Part shown: piece by piece, positions 47,831 to 61,452 of the stretch | Position numbering within the stretch: position 1 is the first letter of the stretch | Layout of the letters: every line of letters starts with the position of its first letter | From: Mobula hypostoma | Lineage: Eukaryota | Length of the DNA: 64,000 nt | Assembly: GCF_963921235.1 (NCBI RefSeq) | Contig: NC_086097.1 | Coordinates: 163,062,001-163,126,000, forward strand | Reading direction: 5' to 3' | Notes under the pieces: generated by a model | Seen by the model: the letters and a program-made list of their open reading frames with translations, nothing else | Databases searched by the model: none | Told to the model about the DNA's origin: nothing | Program-made: the position numbers and the translations under genes

Positions 47831-48519
47831 ATAAAAGCCAATTTACCATTTATGTGACCGTTATCACACTGCACTGCTAGTTGTGGGAGCTCATTGTGCA
47901 CCAATTCACTGGCACATTTTGTTCAAAAGGCAGCATTTTTGTATGCCACAAGTACTTGATTGGCTGCAATGTGCTTTGTAAGTCTTTTTTATAATACACA
48001 AGTTTGTACAGACAGGGAAATTATATCTCCATTAGGACGTAGCACTCAAAAGTGTATAATGGCATATTTATCCCATTAAAGTTGATGACTTCAATCAAAT
48101 CATAAAAGTACAAGAACATTAAAGAATCTATTTAAGAACCTATTTGGGGTTGGTTTAAAATACATCAAATAGCAGGTTAGTGCCAATTTGAAGAGTCATA
48201 ATAATTACCAGAGTCTTTGTAACCACTTCAATAGAGTACTGTCTACCAAAGCCACAAAAAAAAGTTCTTGAGGGCAGATCTTTATCACAGATTGGACAAA
48301 AATTCCACAGAGGCTTTACTCGAGATCAGTAAAGTTTCAACAAGTAAAAGAATCTGTTTTAAAAAATGTTGGAAACATTTGGCGTGTTAGTCAGCACCTG
48401 AGTTGAGTCAACGTCTCTCCAGAGATACAGCTCCATCATAACTATTTCCACTGCTTGCAGAAGTATCTCAGTGAATGTAGTTTTCAGGTGGGCTTGTTGA
48501 CCGGACAGGCGGAGTGTCT

Positions 48520-49200
48520 GCAAAAGGTTAAGCGACTGGGTGAAGTTCCGGTTATGGGGAATATAAAGGAAACATTTTATCTAAATGGCGAGACATTGCA
48601 GGACCCAGAGATGCCAGAGGTCTGAATGTCCCTCTGTATCATTCACAAAAGGCTAGTTTGAAGTACAGCAAGTAATTCAGAAATTAACAGAATGTTATCA
48701 TTCATTGAGGGGAATTAAATACAAAAGTATCGAAGTTATACTTAGATTGTACAGGACATTGATGAGACCACATCTGGAGGAGTACTGTGCATAGTATTGT
48801 TCTGCACAGTACTCCACCAGATGTGCTTTCATCAATGTCCTATACAATCTAAGGATGTTCAAAGGAAGGATGTAAATGCTTTGGAAGCAGTTCACAGCTT
48901 TACTAAACTGAAGTCTGAAGTGGGAGGGAAGTTTAAACAGACGAGTCTTGTATCAGCTGGAATTCAGAAAAGTGTCAATTGAAGTATACATTTTGCCTGA
49001 GGGTTCCTGACAGGGTGGATGTGGAGGAGACAATTTCTATTCTGGGACAACCTCAAACTAAGGACCACCGTTTAAAAACAAGTGGTCATCCACTTTAAAG
49101 CAGAGATGATTCTTTTTCTCTCTCACAGGCTTGTAAACCTTTGGCACATTCTTATTCAAAATGAGATGGAATCCACAGATTTAAATATTTTTTTTACAAA
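48520..49200 (+). mobile_element. CR1 LINE fragment containing a fold-back inversion
   Basis: RGIKYKSIEVILRLYRTLMRPHLE...RKDVNALEAV. Confidence 0.8.
48741..48853. repeat. Inverted repeat, 53-bp arms and 7-nt loop
   Basis: CTTAGATTGT...ACTGTGCATA / TCTGCACAGT...ACAATCTAAG, with 5 mismatches. Confidence 0.93.
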
Positions 49201-50689
49201 CGCGGCACTGTGGCAATGGCAAAACTGTTTCTCACTTTCTGTCTCATCCTACCCACAGCCACATCCAGCAAAAACGCTATTACCACTGCCTAACCTTTAA
49301 TGATAACAATGATGCGAAGAGGCAGTCGGCTCTTTGTAAACAATTTTTAAAATTCTGTTTTGAGTTCCGGATTCCCAGACAACTTAGAAACCTACTCAAA
49401 AGTTTGCTCTGCAGTGGCTATAATTATGCTATGAGCAAGAGGACACAATAGTACAGTGCTTATAGCCCACCAAAGCAGTCTTGGAATTTAGATTTAATAA
49501 TTAAATAAATATGGAATTTTTTTAAAACTAATTACCAAACCACTGGAATGATATAAAAATGCATCTGGTTTACAAATGTTCTGTGGTGAATGAGCTCTGT
49601 TGTCCTTACCCAATCCACCTTAGCTAAGGGCGCCATTAATAGCACAAGGCTCTGTCGGCACTGCCAGCACTGCCCTTCCAGCAGTGTATTACTCTTCACC
49701 ACTCTCCTTCCCTCCCTCTAACAGCCCAACTTTAGAAAGAACAGTATTTGACAACTCTCAAGAGTACTAAAGGCAACATAATCAAAGGCGATTATTCAGA
49801 ATGAACAATTTTAGTAACACTTCCCAAATTTATTATCCTAGCCTACAAGTAACTTCAGATCTGAAGCATGTGTTGCCTCTTAAAAACACTAAGCTCAAGG
49901 GTGGATCAAGACAGGATTTTCTTGATACTGTAATGTCTGGAGTCTCTCTTGAATCTCTTTTACCCTTTACTTGCTTACAACCTACAAACTATCCTTTGAT
50001 GATGCACTACATTAAGCTGATCGAGTCTGATTATCCCAAATCTATCACTCTTCTCTTTGCCTCTTAGCTACATATAAACTGAGTACTGGTCCAATATTAA
50101 GTGCCAAATTGACAGAAATTCCATCCACTCAATAATTGGCAATTGGCTTATCACATGTACCGTAAAACATTTTTCTTTGCAAGTGATTCCAGCAAAGCAC
50201 TTCATATACAAGTTCATCGAGACAGTACAAAAGGAAGAGTAAATACAGATTAAGTATTTCAGGTAAGAGAAAGTGCAATGCAGGTAGTCAAATAAAGTGC
50301 AAGAACAACAACAAAGTAGGCAGAAAGATTAAAAGTTCATCTTTAGAGTAAGAGAGATCCGTTCCAGAGGCTTATATAACAGTATCAACTTCCCAGCTCT
50401 TTACTACCCCCCTCCACCCCTGCTGAGTTCCTCCAGCATTGTGTGTGTGTTGATTGGATATCCAGCGTCTGCAGATTTTCTCCTGTTTGTAATTACTTCA
50501 GCCATTGTCTTTTGATCTCAGCTCCATAAAATTCACTATTCACTGATTCTATCCCTCTTTCTGACAACGGTCTGAAACTACCCGACCATTCATTAAACTA
50601 GTGCCATATTTGAATGAACTCTGTTTCCAAATCCCAAACCCTCCGTCAATAGGATCTCCTTTTGCCCCTACCTCAGCTCACCTTCTCCT

Positions 50690-51060
50690 GATTCATGCCC
50701 TTGTCACTCCAAGAAGTGATTGCACTAGTGTTGTTTTTGCTGACTCTGCACATTCTAGGTACTTCACCTGAGCTAATCTTTGCTGTGGCAAGTCTCACTC
50801 ACTCATTCAGGCATGTGCTCTCTAACCTACAAACGTACACTGGCTCACAATCTGGCAATACTTTCATTTTAAAACACCTATCCATGCTTTCAAATCTCTT
50901 CGCAGCTCTGTAAACCCCTCCGGCATCAAAACCTACAAAGATACCTCCACCCACAGCAGCTGTGCTTTCAGTGACCTATACCGCAAGCTGTGGAATTCCC
51001 TAATAAACCTCTCACCTTTAAAATACACTTTAAAGAAATGCTTAACCAGGCTTATTTCCA
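50690..51060 (+). mobile_element. Probable old L2 3' fragment
   Basis: Motifs resembling LHWL..FK..FKSL and LWNSL (GTACACTGGCTC, TTCAAATCTCT, CTGTGGAATTCCCT). Confidence 0.45.
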
Positions 51061-51119
51061 CCAGTCATTGTTATGATTCAGATTAAATTTTTGCATCAAT
51101 GTCCTTGGCCATTTCATTT

Positions 51120-51407
51120 CCACGATAGCGTAACGGTTAGAGTGACACTATTACAGCTTGGACAGTAAATTTGGAGTTCAATCCCAGTTTCATCTGTCTG
51201 CCTTCTTGTGGAATGCATCGGCTTTCTCGGAGTCCTCTAGTTTTCTCTCACAGCCCAAAGCCATACTGGGTGATATTAAACCTGATTCTGGATAGGTTAA
51301 TTCATTTTTGTAAATTGTCCTGCAATTAGGTTAGGGTTATATTGGGGTTGTTGGGGGTTGCTGCGTGGTGTGGCTCGAAGGGCCTAGTCCACACAAAATA
51401 AATAAAT
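51120..51407 (+). mobile_element. tRNA-derived V-SINE
   Basis: ATAGCGTAACGGTTAG, GGAGTTCAATCCC, a V-domain remnant and an (AAAT)n tail. Similar to 25899-26172. Confidence 0.75.
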
Positions 51408-52639
51408 GCAAGTGCTAAATGAAGAGTTATGATTTGCTGCTAGTTTTAGCAACTTGATTTAGTTATCCTCAAATATTCAGACTGATGCAACACCAGTACT
51501 CCAAAGCAAATCATTGACATGGTTATTTCAGTAATGCCAGATTTTTCAAGTGCTTTCAGTGAATATACATAAATGGCTGAGCTGATTCACATCAAGGTCT
51601 GTCTGGACTGCAGACTACAATGAAGAATGCCACTTATCTTGGCTTGATCTGACCAACAGTTAATCTACTCTGACTGTTGCTCTTAATTTGAATTGCACAA
51701 GTTTTCTATTAGCAAAGGTAACTGGATTAGTTTAGCTCTTTAGATGGGTGCCTTATCTTAAGTTAGTCAAGGTAATTGAACATTGAATTCCTCCATAAAA
51801 AATAATGACCAGGCTTTTCATTCAAATTCAAACACTTAGTTCATTTGATGACACAAGAGACTGGCTGTTGATGCTGGTATCAAGAGTGAAGGAGCTCAAT
51901 GGGTAGGCAGCATCAATGGAAGGACAGTCGACATTTGGGTCAAGGACCTTTATCTGTCCATTTCCATTCAAAGATGCTGCCTAATGAAATTAAGTTCCTT
52001 CAGCTTTTTACGAGCAGCTCCAGATTCCAGTCTCTTGTGCCTCCATTTCACTACTCCTCTACAAAGTTTCTTCAACATATGCCCACTTTGAGGAAATTTT
52101 CCTCCTCTCCAGTCCTTCTTATACTTCGGCTACGCAATACTACCCTTATGATGGTACAGCACACCGTGGACACCACTCTTGTGAAAATATAGCATTTCCT
52201 CCAGTATTACCAATCCAAAAGGGTCACCACCCTCAGTACTTCACATTCAACAACAAAATTCTCTTTTGGCACTGCCTCTCCAACAGTGCAGTGCTGCAAT
52301 GGCAAAGCCGTTTGAAATTGTGCACTCCCTTGGTCTTGCCACACCCACAGAGCACTGCTCCCCATGAACAACACCTCTGACAGCCTGCTACTCCATTGGC
52401 ACTGCCCCTCTAACAGTCCAAACTTTGAATGAACAGTATTTCACTATCTTTGGAATATTCAATAGAGACACATGAGAATGCAGTTGGTGGAACAGCCTGC
52501 TGGAGCAATTCTGGGTCAAGCAGCATCTGTAGAAAAGGAAATGTCTATATTTCGGGTCAAATGCAGGACTTCAATTGAAACCTTGTCAATCCCTCCCCAC
52601 CCACCCCACTCCCCATCCCACACACATACACCACACAGA

Positions 52640-52890
52640 TTCTGCTTCTTTCACTACCATCAGGGAGGACGTACAGGATCCTGAGGATGCACACTCAACA
52701 CCTCAGGAAAGGCTTTCTCCCCTCCACCATCAGATTTCTGAATGGTCCATGAACCCATGGAAACCACTTCCCTCGTCTGCTTTCTCAATTTTTATATATT
52801 TCTTGTAACTTAGTTACATTTTTATGTATTGCATTGTACTGCTGCTGCAAAAAAATTTCATGACACGTCAGTGACAATAAAGCTGATTCT
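52640..52890 (+). mobile_element. Rex1/Babar 3' fragment
   Basis: CCATCAGGGAGGACGTACAGG ... AATTTCATGACACGTCAGTGACAATAAAGCTGATTCT. Confidence 0.7.
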
Positions 52891-53714
52891 GCTGTTGCAG
52901 TACATACAGACTGAATAATTTAAATAATCCCTTCTCCCTGGCATCTCTGTATAATGTTTGGAAAACAAAATATGGTAACATACTAATGCACCATTTTCTT
53001 CTCAAAAGAAAATTAACATAACATAATGCAGCCTATCTGCCTGCACACGATGCAGATCCCTCCATTCCCTTTATGCTTTTCTACGTCTCAATGCCTCTAA
53101 AATGCTCTTCTTGTGTCTGCTTGCACCACCAGCCCTGGCAGCCCATTCCAGGCATCTCCCACTTTACCACCATATCTCCTTAAAACTTCCCAGTTTCATC
53201 TTAAAGCCATGTCGTCTGGTATTTAACGTTTCTCCCTTTGTTCAGGAATGGGTGTTGGTGCAGAAATGCCAGGGCAAGGGAAGGGAAAGAAGCAAGAGGA
53301 GGGAAATCCTTGCACGTTCCGACATCTTCCAATTTAACAGAAGTTGAAGCTGCACAGATGAGACAGCTGTTAATCTAAGGAAACCTTGTGTTGAATTTTC
53401 AGAACCACAGGCTAAATAAATGATAAAACCCTGAAGTTGTTTTCATTCTGATAAATTTTAACAAATATTTTCAGGCAGATAAAATTGTTTACACAAACTG
53501 TTTGTTCTAATACCCTGATTACAACCAGGATTATCTGCATTAGAAAAAGTTTTGTGTTAGTTGAACAGATCTGAAAACAAGCTCAATTTAATCAGCCAAA
53601 TTATCTCGAGTAGCTGCTAGACTGAGGATGATTTACTGCACTCGATTCTGTGAAGAAAAGATAGTTTAAGACGAGAAAGAAAGATGGGGCCTGCAGACAA
53701 TCAGGTGTGTACAG

Positions 53715-53975
53715 TATTTATTTTTACTTGGTGATACAGTGAGGAGTAGGCCCTTCCAGCCCTTTGAACCTCACTGCCCCCACAACCCCAATTAATCACG
53801 GAGCAATTTACAATGACCATTAACCTACACAGTATGTCTCCGGATTGTGGGAGGAAGCCAGAGCATCTGGGGAAAACCTATGCATCCCACAGGGAGGATG
53901 TACAGGCTCCCCACAGAACAGCATCAGAACTGAACTCCAGAATGCCCTCATGCTAACCGCTACACTTTTGTGGCA
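53715..53975 (-). mobile_element. V-SINE
   Basis: Reverse V-domain TGTGGGAGGAAGCCAGAGCATCTGGGGAAAACC, with tRNA-like head GCTAACCGCTACAC. Confidence 0.7.
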
Positions 53976-54057
53976 CAGTTGAGTAGTTTATGAGATAGAA
54001 ATGGCAGACTGCTTTACTACCTCTGTGTGCTCCCCATTAATGGATACAAACTTCTCC

Positions 54058-54507
54058 AGAGTCATAGAAAAGCACAGCACTGAAACAGGCCCTTTGGCCC
54101 ATCTAGTCCATGCCAAAACCATTTACACTGCCTACTTCCATTGACCTGCACTGGGACCATAGCCCTCCATGCCTCTACCATCCATGTACCTATCCAAACT
54201 TCTCTTAAACATTGATATTGAGCTCGCATGTAACCCTTGTGCTAGCAGCTTGTTCCACACTCTCATGAAGAAGTTTCCCCTCATGTTCCCCTTAAACTTT
54301 TCACCTCTCACCCTTAACCCATGACCTCTGGTTGTGGTCTCACCCAACCTCAGTGTAAAATCCTGCTCACATTTATCCTATCTATACCCCTCATAATTTG
54401 GTATACCTTTATCAGATCTCTTCTCAGTCTTCCACATTCTGAGGAATTAAGTCCTAAACTTTTCAACCTTTCCTTGTAACTCAGATCCTCCAGACCCAGC
54501 AACATCC
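54058..54507 (-). mobile_element. CR1 LINE 3' fragment
   Basis: RMLLGLEDLSYKERL...RDLIKVYQIMRGID and TRGHGLRVRGEKFKGNMRG. Confidence 0.9.
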
Positions 54508-54989
54508 TAAGTCGTGAAAAATCTACCAAACGGTACCTTTGGACTGCGGGAGCAAAGCAGAGCACCCAGATGAAAGCCATGCACCCAGGGGGAAATGCAC
54601 AAACCCCTTACAGTCAGCAGTGGGAATAGAACAGGGCAATACAATACAGTGCAGGTTGGAGGCTGCAGAGGAGAGATTTTCCAATGCGATGAAATGTCGG
54701 AAAGTATGGAAGACACAACAATAAATGAATGCATTTCCACTGTTGGGGAACAGTGCATCTGGATTTTCAAGCCCAAACCAACACCGTGTCCAAAAACTGT
54801 CCATACAGAACACAACAATTTAGATATCCATTAAAACAAGATTGTGCTTCTCAGTAGGCAAACACATTGCAGTTGTAACTGCATACAGTACGTCATTCGT
54901 CAGATCTATCTGATCAGTCGTATTTTTGAATGCATTCCAATATACATTCCTACTGTGAGTTTAATTTTCAAATCCGGCACTACATTCAT

Positions 54990-55355
54990 CTGCAGCAATG
55001 CAGACAAAATGGTGGAGAAACTCAGCAGGCCAGGCAGCACATATGGAAATGAGTCTTGTTTCGGGCCAGTACCCTTTTTAGGACTAGAAAGGAATGGGAA
55101 AGATGCCAGAATAAAAAAGTGAGTGGCGGGGGAGGGGACTAGCAGAATAGCTAGAGGGTGATCGGTAAAGCCAGGTTAGTACGTAGTACAGTACAGCACA
55201 GTACAGGCTCTTAGGCCCACAATGTTGAGTAAAAGGGCTGGAGATGAAGGAATCTAATAGGAGAGGAGAGTGGACCATAGGAGAAAGGGAAGGAGTGGAC
55301 CCTGGAGGTGACAGGCAGGAGAAAAGAGGTAAGAGGCCGAAGTGGGAGGGGGAGG
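54990..55355 (-). mobile_element. Penelope-like 3' tail fragment
   Basis: Reverse complement of the tail type at 59420-59760, with a degenerate hammerhead at about 55050-55085. Confidence 0.7.
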
Positions 55356-57039
55356 TAATTTTTTTTTTAAAGATTCATTTTAACCATTATCCATCAAGGA
55401 CGACCAGGCAAGAAATTCCAATTTATGAGATTTCCACTTCACTTATACAAAAAAAACCTGAAATCCAGATCTTGTTATCAATTGACAAATGGAACTTAAT
55501 CCTACTTTGTTTGAAGTAAACCCATCAGATTTTAACTGCCACAGCACCAACCTTACTCTGTTACCAGTTACAAATCAACTGGCAGTTGTATTTTGAACAT
55601 AACCAAATTTGTAAAGGATCTTTGTTTTAAGGAGATTCCTATAGTAGATTTATTCTGCAGTTTATGCACTTAATTCAGTCAGAAACTGATCTGATATCAG
55701 GGTTAAGTAGTCAGTCAGTTCACTATATCCTGGAGCCAGCCTGGCTTGTCACCAGTCACTTAGGCTCACAAAATCACAGTGCATGGATCAGAAATGATAA
55801 ATACACCCTCAGGAGGATATCACTGCCTTAGCATTAATCTAGTATTAAGAGCCAGGGTTTTCTGAGACGATGTTAACAGTAAACCTGAAATATCTCACAA
55901 AAGCAGCACCTGAAACCCTCCAGCACACTTTAAAGTCCTTGGAAGGTAATTACAGAGTTGTTAAACTAGGGACTTAGTTTCAACTCAGGTTCTTCAACTA
56001 CCAAAGAGAAGCACAGATTATAATTTCCAACCATAAAATGAGTTCCTCAATCTGCAACCAACAAGTGTTCTAATTATTTAAATAGAGCGTTGTGAGCAGC
56101 GAGTGTTACCAATGGGAAGCAGGTTTAAACTGTGTTCTGTGTTATGATCACCACAAATAGAATAATTCATGAGCACCGTACAGACAGCACAGAAAAGCAT
56201 GGTTGAAACTTCACTGATTAAATTATTAAAATACCAATATCAAAAACAGCTGAACCAATACGGCAGAATAGATAAAATTGTTGTGAAAATAAAGGGTGAA
56301 TAAAATATACATAGTATCAACTTAGTTCCCTTTTCTCAGATACTTTAACAATCAGAACATAATATTTCCACAGTAAGTTAGTTATGGACAGTCCAAAATT
56401 AAACAAGCGATAAGATTCTGCGCAAGTCATTACAAAGAGACAATGTTAGCAATCTTGTAAAGTTTTTCCTTCATGAAGCCTGGGGAACACTCAAGGCAAT
56501 GACTCACTCATGGATTTTATCAGGATTCTTGGATAAATGGAATGGAGGGTTGTGAGTGGTCCTCCTGGCCAAAGAAAGTAGAAGTGTATGGCAGATAGGT
56601 TAATAACATTGATGGGGTTTGTACTTAGCACACAATCGGCCAACATAATTTTGAAAAAAAGATATTTCACCATATGAAAGGGAAGGTAAGAATATGTGAC
56701 CATTGCAGGATCCCACAAATAATATTGTAATAATGAACAGAGAAGGGTTCAGTGACGTTGACTGAGGAACAAATATTGGAGGTAGAGACAATGGTGACTT
56801 GTGAGGTAGGGGAAGTGTAAAGTCAGAGATGAAGAGCAAGGAGTGAGGCATGTGGGACATCTGAGTTGGCAGATGGGTCTTGATTTAATGAAGAGGATGG
56901 GATGTTTGGTGAGGATTGAGGGAAAGAGGTGCAGAGTCCACTCTCCCTGTGGGGACCACACAACCATTTTGATTCCTCCTGACCTTACAGGAAGAATATT
57001 TAACATGGAGGGATTATCCTCCCATACTCATAAACAATA

Positions 57040-57665
57040 CTAAGGCGGCATATGGCATGCTTGCCTTTATTGGTCAGCACAGAGTACAAGCATAAAGTAG
57101 TCATTTTGCAACTGTAAAAAAAACTTTGATTAGGCTGCACTTGGAGCATTGTATGTTGGTCAACCCATGCAGGAAGGATGTGGAGGCTTTCAAGAATGCA
57201 GAAGAGATCTACTAGGATGTTGCCTAGTTTAGAGATATGAGCTATTAGAAGAGGTTAAATGAATTTAGGTAGTTTTAGTTTCCTCTGGAGACGCTGAGGG
57301 GAGATCTGATAAAAATTTATAAAATTATGAGAGGCAAAGATGTAGTGGAGTGTCAGAATCTTTTTTCACAGAGTCAAGATGTCAAGTACTGGAGGGCATG
57401 CATTTAAAGTGAGAGGGGGAAGTTTAAAGGAGATGTGCAGGGCAAGTTTTTGCTTTACACACAGAGTAAGTAATAGGTTCCTGGGACAGGCTGTCAGGGA
57501 AGGTGGTGAATACAAAAGTGGTGATTAAGAGATACATGAATATGCAGAGTGGAAGGAAATAGATAATGTGCAGGCAAATTTAGTTTAAGTTGGCATCATG
57601 TTTGGTGCAGACACTGTGGGCCAAGGGGTTGTTCCTTGATGTACTGGTAAATGTTCTGTATTCTA
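57040..57665 (+). mobile_element. CR1 LINE 3' fragment
   Basis: KAAYGMLAFIG, LHLEHC and LRGDLIKIYKIMRG, followed by 3' UTR. Confidence 0.85.
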
Positions 57666-57835
57666 AGTGCCTCATCTTCTGTCCTGTTGGGCTTGTTGTT
57701 CCATATCTGGGGTAGGATTACATTTATAATCATAAAGCACAAAAAGGCTAAAAACAACTGTTTGCCCTGAGAAGACAGATCTCCTTTAATACCAAAGTGA
57801 GGAGCTAGCCTGGATTAAGAGCTCAAACCCAGAAG

Positions 57836-57990
57836 CATAAAATGCTGGAGGAACTCAGCAGGCCAGGCAGCATCTTTGGCCTGAAATGTCGACTGTGCTT
57901 TTTTCCATAGATGCTGCCTGGCCTGCTGAGTTCCTCCAGCATTTTGTGTGTGTTGCTCAGATTTCCAGCATCTGCAGATTTTCTCTTGTT
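57836..57990 (+). mobile_element. Penelope-derived palindromic mini-element
   Basis: 40-bp inverted arms (57836-57875, 57909-57948) around a hammerhead 3' half. Confidence 0.85.
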
Positions 57991-59149
57991 CATATCCCAG
58001 AACCATAGTAGGATTGAATGTTAGCAACCGAGAAAGCTCGTGACTGTAAAGTTTCAAAGCACTGATGAGGTACTTCGAGCAACACGAAGGGCCCTTACTT
58101 TCAATGAAAAAAATTGTAACCATAAAACCTTCATTGAAACAACTGGCCTCTGACACACAGGTTTATTATACACATATCTTTCTTAAAATGAAGCTGCTTT
58201 AATTCAGCCCAGCGTGTTGATTCTGTGCTTCTTCTGTTCAAGGGCAAATTGCAAACATGAACAATTGCCATTCTTTAAGATAAAGATTCCTCATACAGGA
58301 TTTGACATTTTTAATCAAAGCTCAATCTACTGGCAGGGCTGATAAGGGTACGTGGGAGGTGGTTGGGGAGATAACGCTTTGTTTTGCTTTCTCTATTATT
58401 ATGTATTGCTTTGTTCTGCTGCCGCAAAGACAACAAATTTCACGACATATGCTGGTGATATTAAACCTGATTTTGATTTTGTTCCAAGCTTTCAAATTGC
58501 CTCGAGCTTGTCAAAGCCATTCCTTAAATGCCCCTCCTCCATTTTCAACACTTCCTGGGCCAGGAATTTTCTCAAGGCTGTGGGTATAGAGTAGCTTTAT
58601 CACTGAGAATTCAAGTACATCCTTGAATCGTTTTATCTATCTTCCTGTAATCTTCTTCCACGATGCAGCCTGCTTAAGGAGTAGAGTTGGGCATGCAAAT
58701 GATAAGATTTGCCCAGCAGATATTATTTAGAACTGAAATGAGAAAGATTTTCTTCAAAGTCATTGGATGTTCTTAAAGCAGGGATTAATAGGTTCTTGAT
58801 TGGTAAGGGGTTAGGGTTCTGAGAAGGCAGAAGAAACGGTGGAGCAGAATGTAATATGATTACGGGGCTCAAGTTTGCAAAGAAGCAGAGTTTTGCAGCT
58901 GTTAGATAAGGCCCATGATCTCATACACTTTAGTGAAGGAGCCAATACTGACTTGTAGCCTGGTTTCTGAATGTACAATACTGCAAATGACAGACTGATG
59001 ATTGCACTTGGAGTGACCTTGATTTCAGAATGAGAAGTGAAGTGAGATAGCCCATTTATTAGATTCATCCCCTCAAAAAGCTTGCTTAGGGTAACATACA
59101 GCAGGGGAAAAACAGATCAAGAAAAATACTGAAGCAATGATCCAGCTTT

Positions 59150-59768
59150 GCTTAACACCAGAATGCAGCCTGATGCGGCCACCTCTACTTTGGTAAGACC
59201 CGTCGTTAATTGGGGGACACTTTGTCAAGCATCTCCGCTTCATCCTCCAAAAGCCAAACTTCCTGGGGGCCAAACATTTTCCTGTTCCAACACGTTGGTC
59301 CATAGGCTTCTCCTCTGCAAAGATGAGGCCACCCTCGTGGTGAAGGAGCAACACCTTACATTGTCTGGGTGGCCTCTAAACTAATGGCACAAATATTGAG
59401 TTCTCCTTTCAGTAAAGAAAATCCCCTCTTCTTTTACCTCTCTTCACTTGCATATCACTTGGGTCCCCTCCTCCTTCCCTTTCTTCTACGGTCCAATCTC
59501 CTCTCCATTAGATTCCTTCTCCTCCAGCCCTTTACTTTTCCCACCCTCTTGGCTTTTACATCACTTTCCAGCTAGCCTCTTTCCCCTCCCCCTATCTTTT
59601 TATTCTGGCATCTTCCCCCTTCCGTTTCAGTCCTGAAGAAGGGTCTCAACCTGTAATGTTGACTATTTATCCATTTCCATAGGTGCTGCCTCACCTGCTG
59701 AGTTCCTCCAGCATTTTGTGTGTATTGCTTTGGATTTCTAGCATCTGCAGACTTTATTGCGTTTATGA
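59150..59768 (+). mobile_element. Older Penelope-like 3' fragment with degenerate hammerhead (59629-59664)
   Basis: LLLCKDEATLVVKEQHL and AGTC CTGAAGA AGGGTCTCAACCT GTAAT GTT GACT. Confidence 0.8.
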
Positions 59769-60344
59769 GGTTGTATCTGGTGGTTTTGATCATGGCTCAC
59801 ATGACACTGTGAGCTAAATAGAAAATAGAGATAAAGTTCCACAGGCTGCCAGATTCAGGAAGGATTGTATGTATACACCGTCTTGATTCAGACTCAAATG
59901 TCTTTTTCAGGTAAAAGAATGACCAAGTATTATGATTTATGTTCCTGCATTTCTCTTGAAGTCAACATAAGCCAAAGATCATTTCCAGTCTATATCCCCT
60001 TGGACCCATGTGGTTCAGGAAGCAGCTCCTCAGCCACAGGGAGGAAGTAGATAGGGAGGACCCACGGCTAGGACTTATCACAGAACCCAGACACGGGGTT
60101 TGCAGCATGTGGTTACAGCAATCAAACTGGTTTTCTTGCTGAAAGATGATCATGATTGTGGTATCTCAAAGGTCATGCTCTTCTCAGATGTGGGAGATGA
60201 AGTTTCTAATTTGTTATTCAAGTTACTCTGTGCCATGTCTTAGCACTTCCACATGGATACCATACTTCCCAGGCTTTGCTGCTTTCAACTCAATGTAAGG
60301 CTTCTTTGACTCCTTCTCAGTCTAGAACAATAATGTGGATAAAA

Positions 60345-60558
60345 GAGAGGATGTGGAGAAGATGTTTCCTATTGTGGATTTGATTTGACATATTGAAGGT
60401 GGACGTTGATAGGTTCTTGCTCAATCAGGACATCAAAGGGTATGGGGCAAAGCAGGAAAATGGGGTTGAGAGGGATAATAAATCAGCTATGATAGAGTGG
60501 CGGAGCAGATTTGATGGGCCGAATGGCCTATTTGTGCTCCTAAGTCTTATGGTCCTAT
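60345..60558 (+). mobile_element. CR1 3' end
   Basis: GGCGGAGCAGATTTGATGGGCCGAATGGCCTATTTGTGCTCCTAAGTCTTATGGTC. Confidence 0.75.
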
Positions 60559-60786
60559 AATGATGCTGAACCAAACCATTTGTGTGGGAAGGAACTAAGG
60601 GAACTCATGTCAAGGGTACAGAGATATCTGAAAGGGTACAGAGATATTTTAGGGTTTCTTCAAACGCTCCTTCCAACTGGTACATTCTGTACTTGATAAA
60701 TTCGCCTTTGCTCTTTGCTTTCAGTAGGATGGCATCCTTGGGTGTTTAGGCTAAAGATGGTCCTGATGGCATTGGAAAGTCCACGC

Positions 60787-61452
60787 GGGAGGAGAAGATG
60801 GCGGCGCGACACAGCTTGCATGGCCACTCTGGTGAATGATATCTGTTATTTGTCAAGTAGGGTACCGTGCACAATTCTGATTTGATGGAGACAGACGTGA
60901 GAGCACGGAGGAACATCTGGCGAAACTTCTGAAATGCCTGCTTCACTGCCGCTGCTACTGTGTGATCCGGAATCTCCGGAGGGGAAGGCCCCGAGTCCTC
61001 AGCTTTGCTTGTTGCTCAGCAGCCGGGGTGGGTTCGAAGCGCTTGGCAGTGGATGGTGCTCGGTGTTCGTGGGCTGGTCGGAGGCTCGAAGTTTTCGGAT
61101 GGACTCAGAGTCGGCTGTGGTCGGGTGCTTCCAATGCATCGACAAGTTGTCGGCGCTTGGAGGTTCATGGCAGGGAGTTTCTCCCTTCTACCGTCTGCGT
61201 GGGATGATAGGGCTATCGGGACTTGAGACTTTTTCTACCATGTCCATGGTCTGCTCTTTATCAAATTACGGTATTGCTTTACACTGTTGTAGATATATGT
61301 TATAATTACGTAGTTTTATCAGTTTTGGTTTGTCCTGTGTTTCTGGGATATCTTTCTGGAGGAACATTGTATCATTTTTTAATGCATGCATTTCTAAATG
61401 ACAATAAATGAGGACTGAGTGTCCTCATAATCTAATCTAATCTAATCTAATC
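60787..61452 (+). mobile_element. Non-autonomous retroelement (AAGATGGCG head, (AATCT)n tail), copy 2
   Basis: Colinear with 741-1405. Degenerate flanking repeat CATTGGAAAGTCCACGC / CATGAAAGTTTCCACGC. Confidence 0.85.
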
